Assembly (NCBI GenBank): GCA_937891195.1
Contig: CALAFJ010000017.1
Location: forward strand, 6,770-70,769
DNA from: an uncultured Clostridia bacterium
GTDB lineage: Bacteria > Bacillota > Clostridia > Oscillospirales > Acutalibacteraceae
Reading direction: 5' to 3'
DNA length: 64,000 nucleotides
The position numbers were made by a program, and so were the translations under genes. Shown here piece after piece: positions 36,487-45,875 of the stretch (position 1 is the stretch's first letter; each line of letters begins with the position of its first letter). The notes under the pieces were generated by a model. The model was given only the letters and a program-made list of their open reading frames with translations, searched no databases and was not told the DNA's origin.

Positions 36487-37820
36487 AAGTGGGGATGGTA
36501 TCCCTGGGATGCCCGAAGAACCAGATGGACGCCGAGCTGATGCTGGCGCGGCTGGAGCAGGCCGGATATGAGATCACCGCCGAGAGCGGATTGGCGGATG
36601 TGGTGATCGTCAACACCTGCGGGTTCATCGAGGATGCCAAAAAGGAGTCTATCGAGAACATTTTGGAGTTTGCCCAGCTGAAAAAAGAGGGGCGCATCAA
36701 GAAGATTCTCGTCACCGGCTGTCTGGCGCAGCGGTATCAGCAGGAGCTGGTGCAGGAGCTGCCGGAATGCGACGGTGTGCTGGGGCTGGGCGCCAACGCC
36801 GATATTGTGGAGGCGGTGGAGCAGGTGACCCAGGATGTGGCATTTTATCGGTTCCCCTCCCGGGACAGCTGGGTGCTGGAGGGCAGCCGGCTGCTGACGA
36901 CCCCGCACTTTTTCGCCTATTTGCGCATTGCGGACGGCTGCGATAACCGCTGCACCTATTGCGCCATCCCCCTCATCCGGGGCAATCTTCGCAGCCGGGA
37001 GCTGGAGGGGCTGGTCAGCGAGGCGACGGCGCTGGCGCAGACCGGGGTCAAGGAGCTGGTGCTGGTGGCGCAGGATACCACCGTTTACGGGCGGGATCTC
37101 TATGGCGAGCCCCGTCTGCCGGAGCTGCTGCGGCGGCTGTGCCGCATCGACGGGCTGCGGTGGATCCGGCTGCTGTATTGCTATCCGGAGCATATCTCCG
37201 AGGAGCTTTTGGACGTGATGGCGACGGAGGAAAAGGTGCTGCCCTATATGGACCTCCCCCTCCAGCACGTCAGCGGACATATTCTCAAGGCGATGCATCG
37301 CCCCGGCGACCGGGAGAGCCTGACGGCGCTCATCGCCCATCTGCGGGAGCGGGTGCCGGGGATCGTGCTGCGCACCACCCTGATGACCGGCTTCCCCGGA
37401 GAGACGGAGGAGGATTTTGGGGAGCTGTGCCGCTTTGTCAAAGAGGTGCAGTTCCAGCGGCTGGGCTGCTTTGCCTTCTCTCCGGAGGAGGGGACGCCGG
37501 CCGCCAAGCTGCCCGACCAGATTCCGGAGGATGTGAAACAGCGCCGCCGGGACATCGTCATGGAGGAGCAGCAGCGGGTGTCCGACCGGTATAACGAGCA
37601 GCAGATCGGCAAGACCGTGACGGTGCTGGTGGAGAGTTATGACCGGTATGCGGAATGCTGGTTCGGCCGCAGCGAGGCGGACGCCCCGGATATTGACGGC
37701 AAGGTGTTTTTCCCCGCCCCGGCGGGGACGGTGCATCCCGGCGATATGCGTCGCATAAAAATTACCGATACCATGGATTGGGATTTGATGGGAGAGATGG
37801 TCGATGAATCTGCCGAATAA
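36477..37820 (+). CDS. rimO: Ribosomal protein S12 methylthiotransferase
   Basis: The MTTase N-terminus is VSLGCPKNQMDAE and the radical-SAM motif is CDNRCTYCAIP. A TRAM-like C-terminus is present. Confidence 0.9.
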   Translation: MAIKVGMVSLGCPKNQMDAELMLARLEQAGYEITAESGLADVVIVNTCGFIEDAKKESIENILEFAQLKKEGRIKKILVTGCLAQRYQQELVQELPECDGVLGLGANADIVEAVEQVTQDVAFYRFPSRDSWVLEGSRLLTTPHFFAYLRIADGCDNRCTYCAIPLIRGNLRSRELEGLVSEATALAQTGVKELVLVAQDTTVYGRDLYGEPRLPELLRRLCRIDGLRWIRLLYCYPEHISEELLDVMATEEKVLPYMDLPLQHVSGHILKAMHRPGDRESLTALIAHLRERVPGIVLRTTLMTGFPGETEEDFGELCRFVKEVQFQRLGCFAFSPEEGTPAAKLPDQIPEDVKQRRRDIVMEEQQRVSDRYNEQQIGKTVTVLVESYDRYAECWFGRSEADAPDIDGKVFFPAPAGTVHPGDMRRIKITDTMDWDLMGEMVDESAE

Positions 37821-38373
37821 ACTGACGCTGGCGCGGTGTGTGATGGCGCCCCTGTTTCTGCTGGCGCTGCTGTGGGATTTTCCGTGGCACTATACGGTGG
37901 CGCTGGTGCTGTTTGCCGCCGCCTCGCTGACGGATCTGTTCGATGGGCGCATCGCCCGCAGCCGGGGGCTGGTGACTAATCTGGGGAAATTCCTCGACCC
38001 GCTGGCGGATAAGGCGCTCACCACGGCGGCGTTTCTGGGCTTTATGACCAGGCGCCCCAGCGTGGCGCTGTGCTGGGCGGTGATGCTGATTCTGTCCCGG
38101 GAATTTATGGTGACCTCCGTGCGGCTGCTGGCGGCGAAGGACGGCGTGGTGGTGGCCGCCAGCATGGCGGGGAAGATGAAGACCGTCATGCAGATGGTGG
38201 CCATCCTGTATACATTGGCGGCTATGCAGATTGCGGAGCTGGTGTCGAACGCGGCGCTGTGTCGGGTGCTGTTGGCGGTCGGCGACGGACTGATCTGGGT
38301 GGCGGCGGTGCTGACGGTGATCTCCGGCATCCAGTATGTGTGGAATCTGCGCCGCTATTTTAAGGAAAACTGA
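37804..38373 (+). CDS. pgsA: CDP-diacylglycerol--glycerol-3-phosphate 3-phosphatidyltransferase
   Basis: The translation NLPNKLTLARCVMAPLF...ASLTDLFDGRIAR....VTNLGKFLDPLADK is the CDP-alcohol phosphatidyltransferase motif. Confidence 0.9.
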   Translation: MNLPNKLTLARCVMAPLFLLALLWDFPWHYTVALVLFAAASLTDLFDGRIARSRGLVTNLGKFLDPLADKALTTAAFLGFMTRRPSVALCWAVMLILSREFMVTSVRLLAAKDGVVVAASMAGKMKTVMQMVAILYTLAAMQIAELVSNAALCRVLLAVGDGLIWVAAVLTVISGIQYVWNLRRYFKEN

Positions 38374-38391
38374 GTTTTTCTCCGAAAACGG

Positions 38392-38420
38392 TAGACAAAC
38401 CGGGCTTTTATGCATATAAT
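38392..38420 (+). promoter_or_regulatory. Sigma-A promoter (TAGACA-17-TATAAT) for the cysE-cysS leader
   Basis: The hexamers are at 38392-38397 and 38415-38420 with an exact 17-nt spacer. Confidence 0.6.
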
Positions 38421-38426
38421 GATGTA

Positions 38427-38750
38427 AAGCGAATGGGAATGCCCCCTGCGGCGCATTCTCTGCGGCGGGAGAAGTACCCGGCCGGCAACGCAACAGAGAG
38501 CGGGTGCCCCGTCTGCGGACGGTGGCTGGAAGCACCCGACGGCGGTTGCCCCGGTGAAATGCACCCGACGGCTGCGGATGGGAAGACGGTTTTTGACAGA
38601 AAACCGCTGCGTATCGTCCGCCGGACGCCCTCCGTTACCGGGGCGGAAACGCTGAAACCGGCGTTTCGCCGAGTGAATGACGGAGTGGAACCGTGAGACT
38701 GGATTGCTCACCCCCGTCGCCCTATGGGGGCGATGGGGGTGTTTTCTTTT
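38427..38750 (+). promoter_or_regulatory. T-box riboswitch leader, cysteine-specific
   Basis: An AGAGAG bulge motif lies near 38494. A specifier-loop-like GAAA-UGC-A has UGC at 38560-38562. The T-box core GGAGTGGAACCGTG is at 38682-38695 and contains UGGA. A terminator CACCCCCGTCGCCC-TAT-GGGGGCGATGGGGGTG plus TTTTCTTTT is at 38709-38750. The leader is located upstream of cysE-cysS. Confidence 0.75.
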
Positions 38751-38776
38751 GTGTTGGAGAGAAGGAGAGTGGAGCT

Positions 38777-39412
38777 GTGTTCAAGCAGATGCGGGAGGAT
38801 ATCGCCGCCATCCGGGAGCGCGACCCGGCGGCACAGTCGAATTTTGAGGTGTGGTGGCTGTATAACGGATATAAGGCGCTGCGCTCCCACCGCCGCGCCA
38901 ATTGGCTGCTGCGCCACGGGCATCCGCTGCTGGCGCGGTGGGTCAGCCAGCGGTGTGTGCGCCGCACGAATATTGAAATTCACCCGGCGGCGGTGATCGG
39001 CAAGCGGTTTTTCATCGACCACGGCACCGGCGTGGTGATCGGGGAGACCACCGAGATCGGCGACGACTGCACCCTGTATCAGGGGGTGACTCTGGGCGGC
39101 ACCGGCAAGGATCAGGGCAAGCGCCACCCCACCTTGGGCAACCACGTGATGGTGGGGGCGGGCGCCAAGGTGCTGGGTCCCATTCATATCGGCAACAATG
39201 TGCGCATTGCCGCCGGGGCGGTGGTGCTGACCGATATTCCGGATAACTGTACCGCCGTGGGCATTCCCGCCCGGGTGGTGCGCCGGGATGGGGAGCGGGT
39301 GCCGGAGCTGGATCAGATTCATGTCCCCGACCCGGTGGCGGCGGAAATCCACCGCCTGGAGGAGCGCATTGAGCAATTGGAGCAGATTGCCGGGAAAGAC
39401 CCGGAACGATAA
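38777..39412 (+). CDS. cysE: Serine O-acetyltransferase
   Basis: The translation IRERDPAA.S..EV...Y.G..AL..HR.A.WL...G....AR..S......T.IEIHPAA.IG.R.FIDHG.GVVIGET.EIG.D...YQGVTLGGTG is the CysE pattern. The GTG at 38777 lies 7 nt after AAGGAGAG. An ATG at 38789 is an alternative start. Confidence 0.88.
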   Translation: MFKQMREDIAAIRERDPAAQSNFEVWWLYNGYKALRSHRRANWLLRHGHPLLARWVSQRCVRRTNIEIHPAAVIGKRFFIDHGTGVVIGETTEIGDDCTLYQGVTLGGTGKDQGKRHPTLGNHVMVGAGAKVLGPIHIGNNVRIAAGAVVLTDIPDNCTAVGIPARVVRRDGERVPELDQIHVPDPVAAEIHRLEERIEQLEQIAGKDPER

Positions 39413-39435
39413 CAAAAACAGGAGGAGCTTGACCT

Positions 39436-40833
39436 ATGCAGCTGTATAATACCTTGACCCGCAAGAAAGAGGAGCTGATTCCCATTGAGCCGGGGAAGAT
39501 TCGCATGTATGCCTGCGGCCCCACGGTGTATAATTTTATCCATATCGGCAACGCCCGCCCCTTGTGCGTGTTCGATGTGCTGCGCCGGTATCTGGAATGG
39601 CGGGGCTACGACGTGACTTTCGTGCAGAATTTCACCGACATCGACGATAAAATTATCCGCAAAGCCAATGAGGAGGGGGTCACCTATCAGGAGATCTCCG
39701 AAAAGTATATTGAGGAGTTCTGGACGGATGCTAAGGGCTTGGGGGTGCGCCCCGCCACGGTGCATCCCCGCGCCACGGAAAATATGGACGGCATCCGGGA
39801 CATCATCGAGACCCTCATCGGCAAGGGGTATGCGTATGTTGCCGAAAACGGGGATGTGTATTTCCGCACCCGGAAATTCGACGAATACGGCAAGCTGTCC
39901 CACCAGAATATTGACGATCTGGAGAGCGGCGCCCGCATCGCCGTGGGCGAGGTGAAGGAGGACCCGCTGGATTTTGCTCTGTGGAAAGCGGCAAAGCCCG
40001 GCGAGCCCAGCTGGCCCTCCCCCTGGAGCGACGGTCGCCCCGGTTGGCACATCGAATGCTCCGCCATGGCGCGGCGGTATCTGGGGGAGACCATCGACAT
40101 CCACGGCGGCGGGCAGGATCTGATCTTCCCCCACCACGAGAACGAGATCGCCCAGAGTGAATGCTGCAACGGGGTGCCCTTTGCCCACTATTGGCTGCAT
40201 AACGGCTACATCAACGTGGACAACAAGAAGATGTCCAAATCCCTCAATAACTTCTTCACCGTGCGGGATGTGGCTAAGGAATACGGCTATGAGCCGATCC
40301 GGTTCTTCCTCATTTCCTCCTCCTATCGCAGCCCCATCAATTACAGCACCGAGATTGTGCAGCAGGGCATCGGGGCGCTGGATCGGCTGTATAACTGCAA
40401 GAATGCCATGGCGTTCGGGCTGAAGAACGCCCCCGAGGGGGCGGAGGACGCCGCTTTTGCCGAGCGGGTGGAGGCGCGGCGGGCGCAGTTCATCGCCGCC
40501 ATGGACGACGATCTGAATACCGCCGACGGGATTGCGGCGCTGTTTGAGCTGGTGAAGGATATTAACCTCATGCTGGCGGACGGCACCGCCACCGCCGCCA
40601 CCATCCGCCGGGGACAGGCGCTGTTCGACGAGCTGACCGACGTGCTGGGCTTTTGCTACGCCCGGCAGGAGGCGGGGAACGACGACGCCGAGATTGAAGC
40701 GCTGATCGAAGCCCGCACCGCCGCCCGGAAAGAGAAAAACTGGGCGGAGGCGGACCGCATCCGGGATGAGCTGAAGGCGCGGAAGATCGTGCTGGAGGAT
40801 ACGCCCCAGGGCGTGAAATGGCACCGGGAATAA
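39436..40833 (+). CDS. cysS: Cysteine--tRNA ligase
   Basis: The translation [14 protein letters not shown]...[18 protein letters not shown]...HIECSAM...[17 protein letters not shown]...KMSKSLNNF carries the HIGH and KMSKS motifs. Confidence 0.98.
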   Translation: MQLYNTLTRKKEELIPIEPGKIRMYACGPTVYNFIHIGNARPLCVFDVLRRYLEWRGYDVTFVQNFTDIDDKIIRKANEEGVTYQEISEKYIEEFWTDAKGLGVRPATVHPRATENMDGIRDIIETLIGKGYAYVAENGDVYFRTRKFDEYGKLSHQNIDDLESGARIAVGEVKEDPLDFALWKAAKPGEPSWPSPWSDGRPGWHIECSAMARRYLGETIDIHGGGQDLIFPHHENEIAQSECCNGVPFAHYWLHNGYINVDNKKMSKSLNNFFTVRDVAKEYGYEPIRFFLISSSYRSPINYSTEIVQQGIGALDRLYNCKNAMAFGLKNAPEGAEDAAFAERVEARRAQFIAAMDDDLNTADGIAALFELVKDINLMLADGTATAATIRRGQALFDELTDVLGFCYARQEAGNDDAEIEALIEARTAARKEKNWAEADRIRDELKARKIVLEDTPQGVKWHRE

Positions 40834-40843
40834 ATCGCAGCGG

Positions 40844-41341
40844 ATGGGGGAAAACACCGTGACTGTATCCAAAAAGACCGGGCTGTACTGCCTGCTGACG
40901 GCGGCGCTGACCGCTGTCAGCTGGTGGCTGCAAGCCCCCGTCACTCTGGCGGATCCGGCGCCCTTTCTCCGGGCGCTGGGGGCCGCCGCCGTGACCGGCA
41001 TATTCCTGCTGGCATGGGGCATCGTCCGCCGCCGGGGCGGGGACGCCCACTTCCTGCGGGCGGTGGGGGGTGTGCTGCTCCTGTGCGGGGTGGTGCTATT
41101 CGTGCTGTATGGCGGGATGGAGGATACCACCGCCGCCGGGGCGGACACCGCCATGAATCTGGTGCTGTGCCTGTGGACGGCGCTGCCCCTTGCCTGCCTG
41201 ATTCGCACGGCGGTGCTGTGCGGCGGGGCGCGCCGACCGGCGCTGTGGATTCCGGTGGCGCTGCTGGCGGTGTGGCTGGTGGTGCTGCTTGCCACCGGGC
41301 AGTTGCTGCATTTCGTCCATCTGGCGGCGGAAACCGCGTGA
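40844..41341 (+). CDS. Hypothetical membrane protein
   Basis: The 165-aa product has about 5 hydrophobic segments. The coding call is supported only by position and hydrophobicity. Confidence 0.5.
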   Translation: MGENTVTVSKKTGLYCLLTAALTAVSWWLQAPVTLADPAPFLRALGAAAVTGIFLLAWGIVRRRGGDAHFLRAVGGVLLLCGVVLFVLYGGMEDTTAAGADTAMNLVLCLWTALPLACLIRTAVLCGGARRPALWIPVALLAVWLVVLLATGQLLHFVHLAAETA

Positions 41342-41387
41342 ATGTTTACCATAGACCCCGTTGACTTGCGCAAAGGAGTGTGTGGCT

Positions 41388-41786
41388 GTGAGAAAGCGCA
41401 TCGCCTATTGTATCCTGCCGGTAGCTGCCCTGGTTCTGGAGCTGCTGCCCCTCGGCGCCGTCTGTAACTTTGCCAACCCGAACGGTGTCCCCTGGCGCAG
41501 GACCTTTTCCTATTTCAGCCTGATTCCCTTTGGATATGCCAACGTCGGGCCGCTTCTGACGGCGGTGCTGACCGTCGGGGTTTTGGCGCTGCTGCCGGTG
41601 TTTCTGCTGACGGGGAAACGCCCGGTTTTGCTGTGGGTTAAGATTCTGCTGGGCGTCGGGGTTGTGCTGTCTCTGTGTCCGCTGCTCCTCGGCGTGCATT
41701 TCTTCTCCGTAACGGGGGCGCTGATCACGGCAGTCCTGCTGGCGGAATGGGTTTGGCTGCTGCTGGCGGAGAGAACAGCGGGATAG
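41388..41786 (+). CDS. Hypothetical membrane protein
   Basis: The GTG at 41388 lies 10 nt after AAGGAG. There are 4 hydrophobic segments. The TTG at 41361 in the ORF track is a less likely start. Confidence 0.5.
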   Translation: MRKRIAYCILPVAALVLELLPLGAVCNFANPNGVPWRRTFSYFSLIPFGYANVGPLLTAVLTVGVLALLPVFLLTGKRPVLLWVKILLGVGVVLSLCPLLLGVHFFSVTGALITAVLLAEWVWLLLAERTAG

Positions 41787-41863
41787 TCCCGGTTTTGCCA
41801 CGGAATACTGGCAGAGGACTTATAATACCAATAATTATAGTCATAGTATAGGAGCATAACGGT

Positions 41864-42436
41864 ATGAGTATTTTGGAAATCATTCTCATCGGGCTGGGAT
41901 TGTCTATGGACGCGGCGGCGGTGTCCATCTGTAAGGGGCTGGCCACCGGCGGGGTCAAGCTGCGCCACTGCCTGACCGCGGGGGCGTATTTCGGCGTTTT
42001 TCAGGCGCTGATGCCCGCCATCGGCTATGCGCTGGGCAGCACCTTTGCCCATCTCATCGACCGCTACGACCACTGGATCGCCTTTGTGCTGCTGGCGCTC
42101 ATCGGCGGCAATATGCTGCGGGAGTCCTTTTCCAAGGAGGAGGAGCAGGCCAGCGCCTCCTTTGGTTTTGCGGCGATGCTGCCGCTGGCGATCGCCACCA
42201 GCATCGACGCGCTGGCGGTGGGGGTGTCCTTTTCGCTGCTGGATATGACCTGGCTGGGGATGGTGCGCACGGTGCTGCTGATCGGCTGCGTCACCTTTGC
42301 GGTGTCGGCGGTGTCGGTGAAGCTGGGGGGTCTGTTCGGCGACCGGTTCCAGAAGCCCGCCGAGCGCATCGGCGGCGTGATTCTCATTCTCATCGCGCTG
42401 AAAATCCTGCTGGAAGGGCTGGGCTGGTGGTTCTGA
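41864..42436 (+). CDS. mntP: Manganese efflux pump MntP
   Basis: The translation MSILEIILIGLGLSMDAAAVSICKG...AIATSIDALAVGVSF shows the duplicated MntP/DUF204 motifs. Confidence 0.88.
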   Translation: MSILEIILIGLGLSMDAAAVSICKGLATGGVKLRHCLTAGAYFGVFQALMPAIGYALGSTFAHLIDRYDHWIAFVLLALIGGNMLRESFSKEEEQASASFGFAAMLPLAIATSIDALAVGVSFSLLDMTWLGMVRTVLLIGCVTFAVSAVSVKLGGLFGDRFQKPAERIGGVILILIALKILLEGLGWWF

Positions 42437-42455
42437 GCCACCGGTTTTTGATGGG

Positions 42456-43472
42456 ATGGAGATGAACACAATATACAAAGAAAAATGGTTGCGCTTGTAT
42501 GAGGTGGCTCAGCTGATTGGAGCGCTGAATCCGTGGAGAGATTTTGCGGCATCCGACCGATTCGTGTACTTATCCGGTGAGAAAGCCGAGCCGGTCTATT
42601 TTTCCTTCATTTCGGCCCCGACAGGTGGGCGCGGCATCGCCTGTTATCGCGGTGAAAACGATTATCTCCGCGCCCGGCGGCGTCTGACGTGGAAGAACGA
42701 GAAGGACGAGCCGACCTTTTGCTTGCAAAATGCGTGGATCGCTCTGTGGGATGATCGGACGGCGCTGAGCCGGAACAGCTATACGCAGATCCGGGAATTG
42801 GGTTTCGGTTTTCGCGGACGGGGTGCGTGGCTGCATTTTGATCGCTACGCCGTCGGGTATGCGCCTGTCCCGATAGACGCGCGGGAGACGGATTGGTTGA
42901 CCGATCAGTTCGGAAATCTGCACATGATGCTTCGCGCTGTCTATGAACAGGGATTAAACCCGGAATTCGATGCCGGGAAAGCCCTCGTCCGGTGGTATGA
43001 ACCCAAGGACAAGCTGTACTATACCCATCCGCTGGCTATTCCCCTGAACGAATCAGCGATATTGCGCCCTGTGGCAACGCTACGGGAAAATGACTGGGTG
43101 CGGCAGGTACGCTGGATGTCTGTGTCCGCCTGCTCCGTTGAGATGGACTGGTGGTATCTGGACTGTATCTATGCGGATGACGATGGGCGGGAAACCTACC
43201 CCCGCCTGTTGGTGGCAGTGGATACGGCGAGCGGCTGTATGCTGGCACAGCAGCTGCTTGCCCCCTCTCACAATCAGCCGGGTGCCGCAGTGTCCATGCT
43301 GGGCGATCTCGTGGAACGGTACGGAAAGCCGGCGGAGCTGCGGGTCTGCGATCCGGACCTGCACAGCATCTTGGCCGATGCATGCCGCAAATTCGGAATG
43401 CATCTATTGGTGAAAAAACGGCTGCCTGCCATAAAGGTAGCCCGAGAAACGCTGGCGGCCGATTGGAAATGA
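42456..43472 (+). CDS. Hypothetical protein (338 aa)
   Basis: This is a long ORF with normal codon usage. I recognise no motif. Confidence 0.6.
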   Translation: MEMNTIYKEKWLRLYEVAQLIGALNPWRDFAASDRFVYLSGEKAEPVYFSFISAPTGGRGIACYRGENDYLRARRRLTWKNEKDEPTFCLQNAWIALWDDRTALSRNSYTQIRELGFGFRGRGAWLHFDRYAVGYAPVPIDARETDWLTDQFGNLHMMLRAVYEQGLNPEFDAGKALVRWYEPKDKLYYTHPLAIPLNESAILRPVATLRENDWVRQVRWMSVSACSVEMDWWYLDCIYADDDGRETYPRLLVAVDTASGCMLAQQLLAPSHNQPGAAVSMLGDLVERYGKPAELRVCDPDLHSILADACRKFGMHLLVKKRLPAIKVARETLAADWK

Positions 43473-43534
43473 GCGCCGCTATGGGGGAATTCCCGGCTCT
43501 TTTCGCCAAATTCCGGAAGATTTGCAAAAAACAC

Positions 43535-43563
43535 TTGCATTTTCTGTGCGGGTGTGGTATAGT
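43535..43563 (+). promoter_or_regulatory. Candidate rpmE promoter (TTGCAT-17-TATAGT)
   Basis: The hexamers and the 17-nt spacer were read directly. Confidence 0.5.
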
Positions 43564-43603
43564 CTATCCGTTAGTCTATGGATTCCGAAAGAGGTGACAA
43601 GCA

Positions 43604-43813
43604 ATGAAAGAGGGTATTCATCCTTCCTATGGTCAGACCACGATCACCTGTGCCTGCGGCAATGTGATCACCACCGGTTCCACCAAACAGGACATCCGGG
43701 TTGAAATTTGCTCTAAGTGCCATCCGTTCTTCACCGGTAAGCAGAAGCTGAACGATATCGGCGGCCGTGCGGATCGCTTCAACAAGCGTTTTGGTCTGAA
43801 TGGCGAGAAATAA
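43604..43813 (+). CDS. rpmE: 50S ribosomal protein L31 (Cys-containing type A)
   Basis: The translation [48 protein letters not shown] is typical L31. Confidence 0.95.
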   Translation: MKEGIHPSYGQTTITCACGNVITTGSTKQDIRVEICSKCHPFFTGKQKLNDIGGRADRFNKRFGLNGEK

Positions 43814-43831
43814 GCATCCGATGCTTAACCC

Positions 43832-43864
43832 GGGCAGTGCAAGGAATTTGCACTGCCCTTTCTC
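43832..43864 (+). terminator. Rho-independent terminator after rpmE
   Basis: A GGGCAGTGCAA / TTGCACTGCCC stem is followed by TTTCTC. Confidence 0.7.
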
Positions 43865-43883
43865 GTGTTAGGAGGGGATTGCC

Positions 43884-44528
43884 ATGAGCGGCGACAGCTA
43901 TCGCACGGTGGCCGGAGAGGCCGCCGACGAATTCACCGAGAAGCGCTCCCGGTTCATCGGATATATTCGCCCGGTGCAGACGGAGGAGCAGGCGCTGGAG
44001 TTCATCCGCGCCCGCGCCAAGGAGCATTGGGACGCCCGCCATAACGTGTACGCCTATGTGCTGGAGGGGGGCAATCTGTGCCGCTATTCCGACGACGGCG
44101 AGCCCCAGGGCACCGCGGGGATTCCGGTGCTGGAGGTGCTGCGCAAAACCGGGCTGACCGACTGCGCCGTGGTGGTGACCCGCTATTTCGGCGGGATTCT
44201 GCTGGGGGGCGGCGGGCTGGTGCGCGCTTATTCTCACGCCGCCCGGCTGGCGGTGGAGGCGGCGGGGATCGTGGAGATGCGCCGCTGCCGACAGCTGGAG
44301 GTGCGGTGCGATTATGCCCAGTATGGCTTTCTCCCGGCGCTGCTGGCGGCGGAAAATGCCCGGATCACCGACACCCGCTACGACGATGGGGTGACGGTGC
44401 AGTTCACACTGGAGACGGAGCGGCAGGGGGCGCTGCAGGCAGCGCTGACCGAGCGCAGCGCCGGTCGGCTGACGTTGACGGCGCAGGGGGAGACGTATGT
44501 CCCCTTCCCGGTCGGCGCCGAAGCGTGA
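43884..44528 (+). CDS. yigZ: YigZ/IMPACT family protein (UPF0029)
   Basis: The translation EKRSRFIGYI.PV.TEE.A..FI......H.DA.HNVYAY....G...RYSDDGEP.GTAG.P.L is the IMPACT N-terminal signature. Confidence 0.8.
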   Translation: MSGDSYRTVAGEAADEFTEKRSRFIGYIRPVQTEEQALEFIRARAKEHWDARHNVYAYVLEGGNLCRYSDDGEPQGTAGIPVLEVLRKTGLTDCAVVVTRYFGGILLGGGGLVRAYSHAARLAVEAAGIVEMRRCRQLEVRCDYAQYGFLPALLAAENARITDTRYDDGVTVQFTLETERQGALQAALTERSAGRLTLTAQGETYVPFPVGAEA

Positions 44529-44795
44529 ATATACGCCGCCGTGCGGATATCGACCGACGGTGGAGCCTGCCGACCTGTTGCGCCGGGACGTACCCCGGTT
44601 TTTTGCGGCTTTTAGCTTGCTGCTGCGGCAGACGTGCGCGGTTTACGCGGGGCGGCAATGAGGTTGTCGCAGGGGGCAAAAAAATTTTTGCGATTTTTGC
44701 AGGATTTTGACGGGTGTCTGCGTATAACCCGATGTCGTTCGTTTTTTTGCGGAGATCCCCCGGCCGGATCTCGATACGGAGCGGAGGTGGAGTCT

Positions 44796-45791
44796 ATGAC
44801 CCGATGGGATGCGATCGAAAAGCAGATCTTATCCCCCTATGCGTCTCTGGCGGCGGAATCCCGGGGGCGGGAGCGCCCGGAGAATGACAGCCCCTACCGC
44901 ACCGCCTATCAGCGGGACCGGGATCGGGTGCTGCACTGCAAGGCGTTCCGCCGCTTAAAGCACAAGACTCAGGTGTTTCTGGCGCCGGAGGGGGATCACT
45001 ACCGCACCCGGCTGACCCACACCCTGGAGGTGTCCCAGATTGCCCGCACCATTGCCCGGGCGCTGGGGTTGAACGAGGATCTGACCGAGGCGATCTCCCT
45101 GGCCCACGATCTGGGGCACACCCCTTTCGGCCACGCCGGGGAGCGCACTCTCAATGAGCTGATGGACGGCGGCTTCCGCCACTATGAGCAGAGCGTGCGG
45201 GTGGTGGAGCAGCTGGAAAACACCGGCCGGGGGCTGAATTTGACCTTCGAGGTGCGGGACGGAATTCTGCACCACACCAAAGGGGAGCTGGCCGCCACCC
45301 GGGAGGGGCAGATCGTCCGCTGGGCGGATCGCATCGCCTACATCAACCACGACATGGACGACGCCGTGCGGGCAGGCGTGCTGCGGGAGGAGGATATCCC
45401 GCTGGAGGTACATATGGCGCTGGGGGATTGCGGCTCCGCCCGCATCGACACGCTGGTGTCGGCGATGGTCGAACATGGCGTGGAGGAGATCGGCATGGAT
45501 GCGGCGGTGGAGCCGTATTTCTGGGAGCTGCACACCTTCATGTACGATCATCTGTACCTGAATCCCAAGGCGAAAAGCGAGGAAAGCAAGGTGGGCGGCC
45601 TGCTGTCGGCGCTGTTCGGCTACTATGTGGAGAATCCCGACAGGCTGCCGGAGGAATACGCCCTTATCCGGGAGCGGGATGGGGTGCGCCGGGCGGTGTG
45701 CGACTATATCGCCGGTATGACCGATAATTTTGCGCTGGAGACCCACCGGGAACTGTTCATCCCCCGGGGCTGGGCGATGATCCCGCGATGA
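44796..45791 (+). CDS. dGTP triphosphohydrolase-like HD-domain protein
   Basis: The translation SPYRTAYQRDRDRVLHCKAFRRLKHKTQVF......DHYRTRLTHTLEV.QIARTIAR.L.LNEDL.EAI.LAHDLGHTPFGH is the dGTPase-like pattern. The ATG at 44796 follows GGAGGTGG. Confidence 0.87.
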   Translation: MTRWDAIEKQILSPYASLAAESRGRERPENDSPYRTAYQRDRDRVLHCKAFRRLKHKTQVFLAPEGDHYRTRLTHTLEVSQIARTIARALGLNEDLTEAISLAHDLGHTPFGHAGERTLNELMDGGFRHYEQSVRVVEQLENTGRGLNLTFEVRDGILHHTKGELAATREGQIVRWADRIAYINHDMDDAVRAGVLREEDIPLEVHMALGDCGSARIDTLVSAMVEHGVEEIGMDAAVEPYFWELHTFMYDHLYLNPKAKSEESKVGGLLSALFGYYVENPDRLPEEYALIRERDGVRRAVCDYIAGMTDNFALETHRELFIPRGWAMIPR

Positions 45792-45875
45792 GCGTCCCCG
45801 TGGCCGCCGGTTCCTGTGGGAACGGCGAGAGCCGGGCGCGGCCACCTGCGGCGGATCGGAAAGGAGGGGGCGGCG

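Noticed and set aside
41787-41863. A possible yybP-ykoY manganese riboswitch upstream of mntP.
   Set aside because: The intergenic gap is only 77 nt and AT-rich, with a TATAAT-like element. That is too short, and it lacks the conserved four-way-junction sequences I would expect.
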